Assembly (NCBI GenBank): GCA_905202255.1
Contig: CAJKRH010000003.1
Span: 2,466-66,465, forward strand
Direction of reading: 5' to 3'
DNA from: an uncultured Ruminococcus sp.
Lineage (GTDB): Bacteria > Bacillota > Clostridia > Oscillospirales > CAG-272
Length of the DNA stretch: 64,000 bases
Below are positions 63,564 to 64,000 of this stretch, one piece after another (within the stretch, counting starts at the first letter, position 1; each line of letters begins with the position of its first letter). The notes beneath the pieces were generated by a model. The model was not told the DNA's origin. It searched no databases and saw only the letters and a program-made list of their open reading frames with translations. Made by a program: the position numbers and the translations under genes.

Positions 63564-64000
63564 ATGGCAAAAATACTTCACATAGCGGATGTGCATCTCG
63601 ATTCCCCTTTCTCGCTTCTCGACCCGCAGAAATCGCAGGCGCGAAGAAACGAGCTACGCGGAACATTCACCTCCGCCATGATGTATGCGAAGATAGAAAA
63701 ATATGATATAGTCATCATCGCGGGCGACCTTTTTGACTGTGAGTTTGTAACAAGGGAGACTATGGAACTCATCACCTCGCAGTTCGCGGCAAATCCCGAC
63801 TGCAAATTCGTGATAGCCCCGGGAAATCATGATTTCTACTCTTCCACATCTCCTTATTCCAAGACAAAATTCCCCGAAAATGTATACATCTTCACTTCCG
63901 AAACGCTGACCTGCTTCCGATTTGACGATATCGGAGTTGATGTCTACGGCTACGCATTCACAGGCGAAAAAATGGAGAAAAATCCGCTTGCCGCGGCGGT
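63564..64000 (+). CDS. metallophosphoesterase / DNA repair exonuclease SbcD-like (partial, runs off the 3' edge)
   Basis: ATG 63564 after AAAGGAG. Motifs ILHIADVHLD, IIAGDLFD and APGNHD of calcineurin-like phosphoesterases. Confidence 0.75.
   Translation, partial: MAKILHIADVHLDSPFSLLDPQKSQARRNELRGTFTSAMMYAKIEKYDIVIIAGDLFDCEFVTRETMELITSQFAANPDCKFVIAPGNHDFYSSTSPYSKTKFPENVYIFTSETLTCFRFDDIGVDVYGYAFTGEKMEKNPLAAA

Overview
This 64-kb chromosomal window looks like a roughly 50% GC Firmicutes/Clostridia-type anaerobe; that assignment is inferred from gene content and AGGAGG-type ribosome-binding sites. Positions 1-37,000 and 58,700-64,000 are ordinary chromosome. They carry a tetR-membrane-vat operon, asnA, a Na+-pump decarboxylase beta subunit behind a terminator-containing leader, and a secreted nuclease with a repeat lipoprotein next to a sugar ABC importer. 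They also carry an ABC exporter/DUF1854-like/c-di-AMP-receptor-like operon, an amino-acid ABC importer, two GH78 rhamnosidase paralogues plus a large GH-like protein, a MarR-linked heterodimeric ABC exporter, ygiQ and an sbcD-like gene. The most notable region is 37.1-58.6 kb, an integration hotspot at a tRNA-Ser(CGA) gene. An ancestral tRNA-Ser copy appears split at its anticodon loop by an 18.3-kb insert (40274-58596). That insert carries a tyrosine integrase, an Xis-like HTH and a MobC-like protein, iteron-like repeats, its own intact tRNA-Ser, and an eight-gene translationally coupled defence operon. The operon order is XRE HTH, SNF2 helicase, DUF4391-like, a 4-TM plus KwaB/DUF4868-like pair, type III Mod, an AbiJ/HEPN-like protein, and type III Res. 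To the left (37.1-40.2 kb) lie decayed remnants of earlier elements. These include a second 555-bp copy of the HTH backbone module with different cargo, a 21-nt tRNA 3' fragment and an integrase fragment. All family assignments come from reading the translations and remembered motifs; no database search was run.
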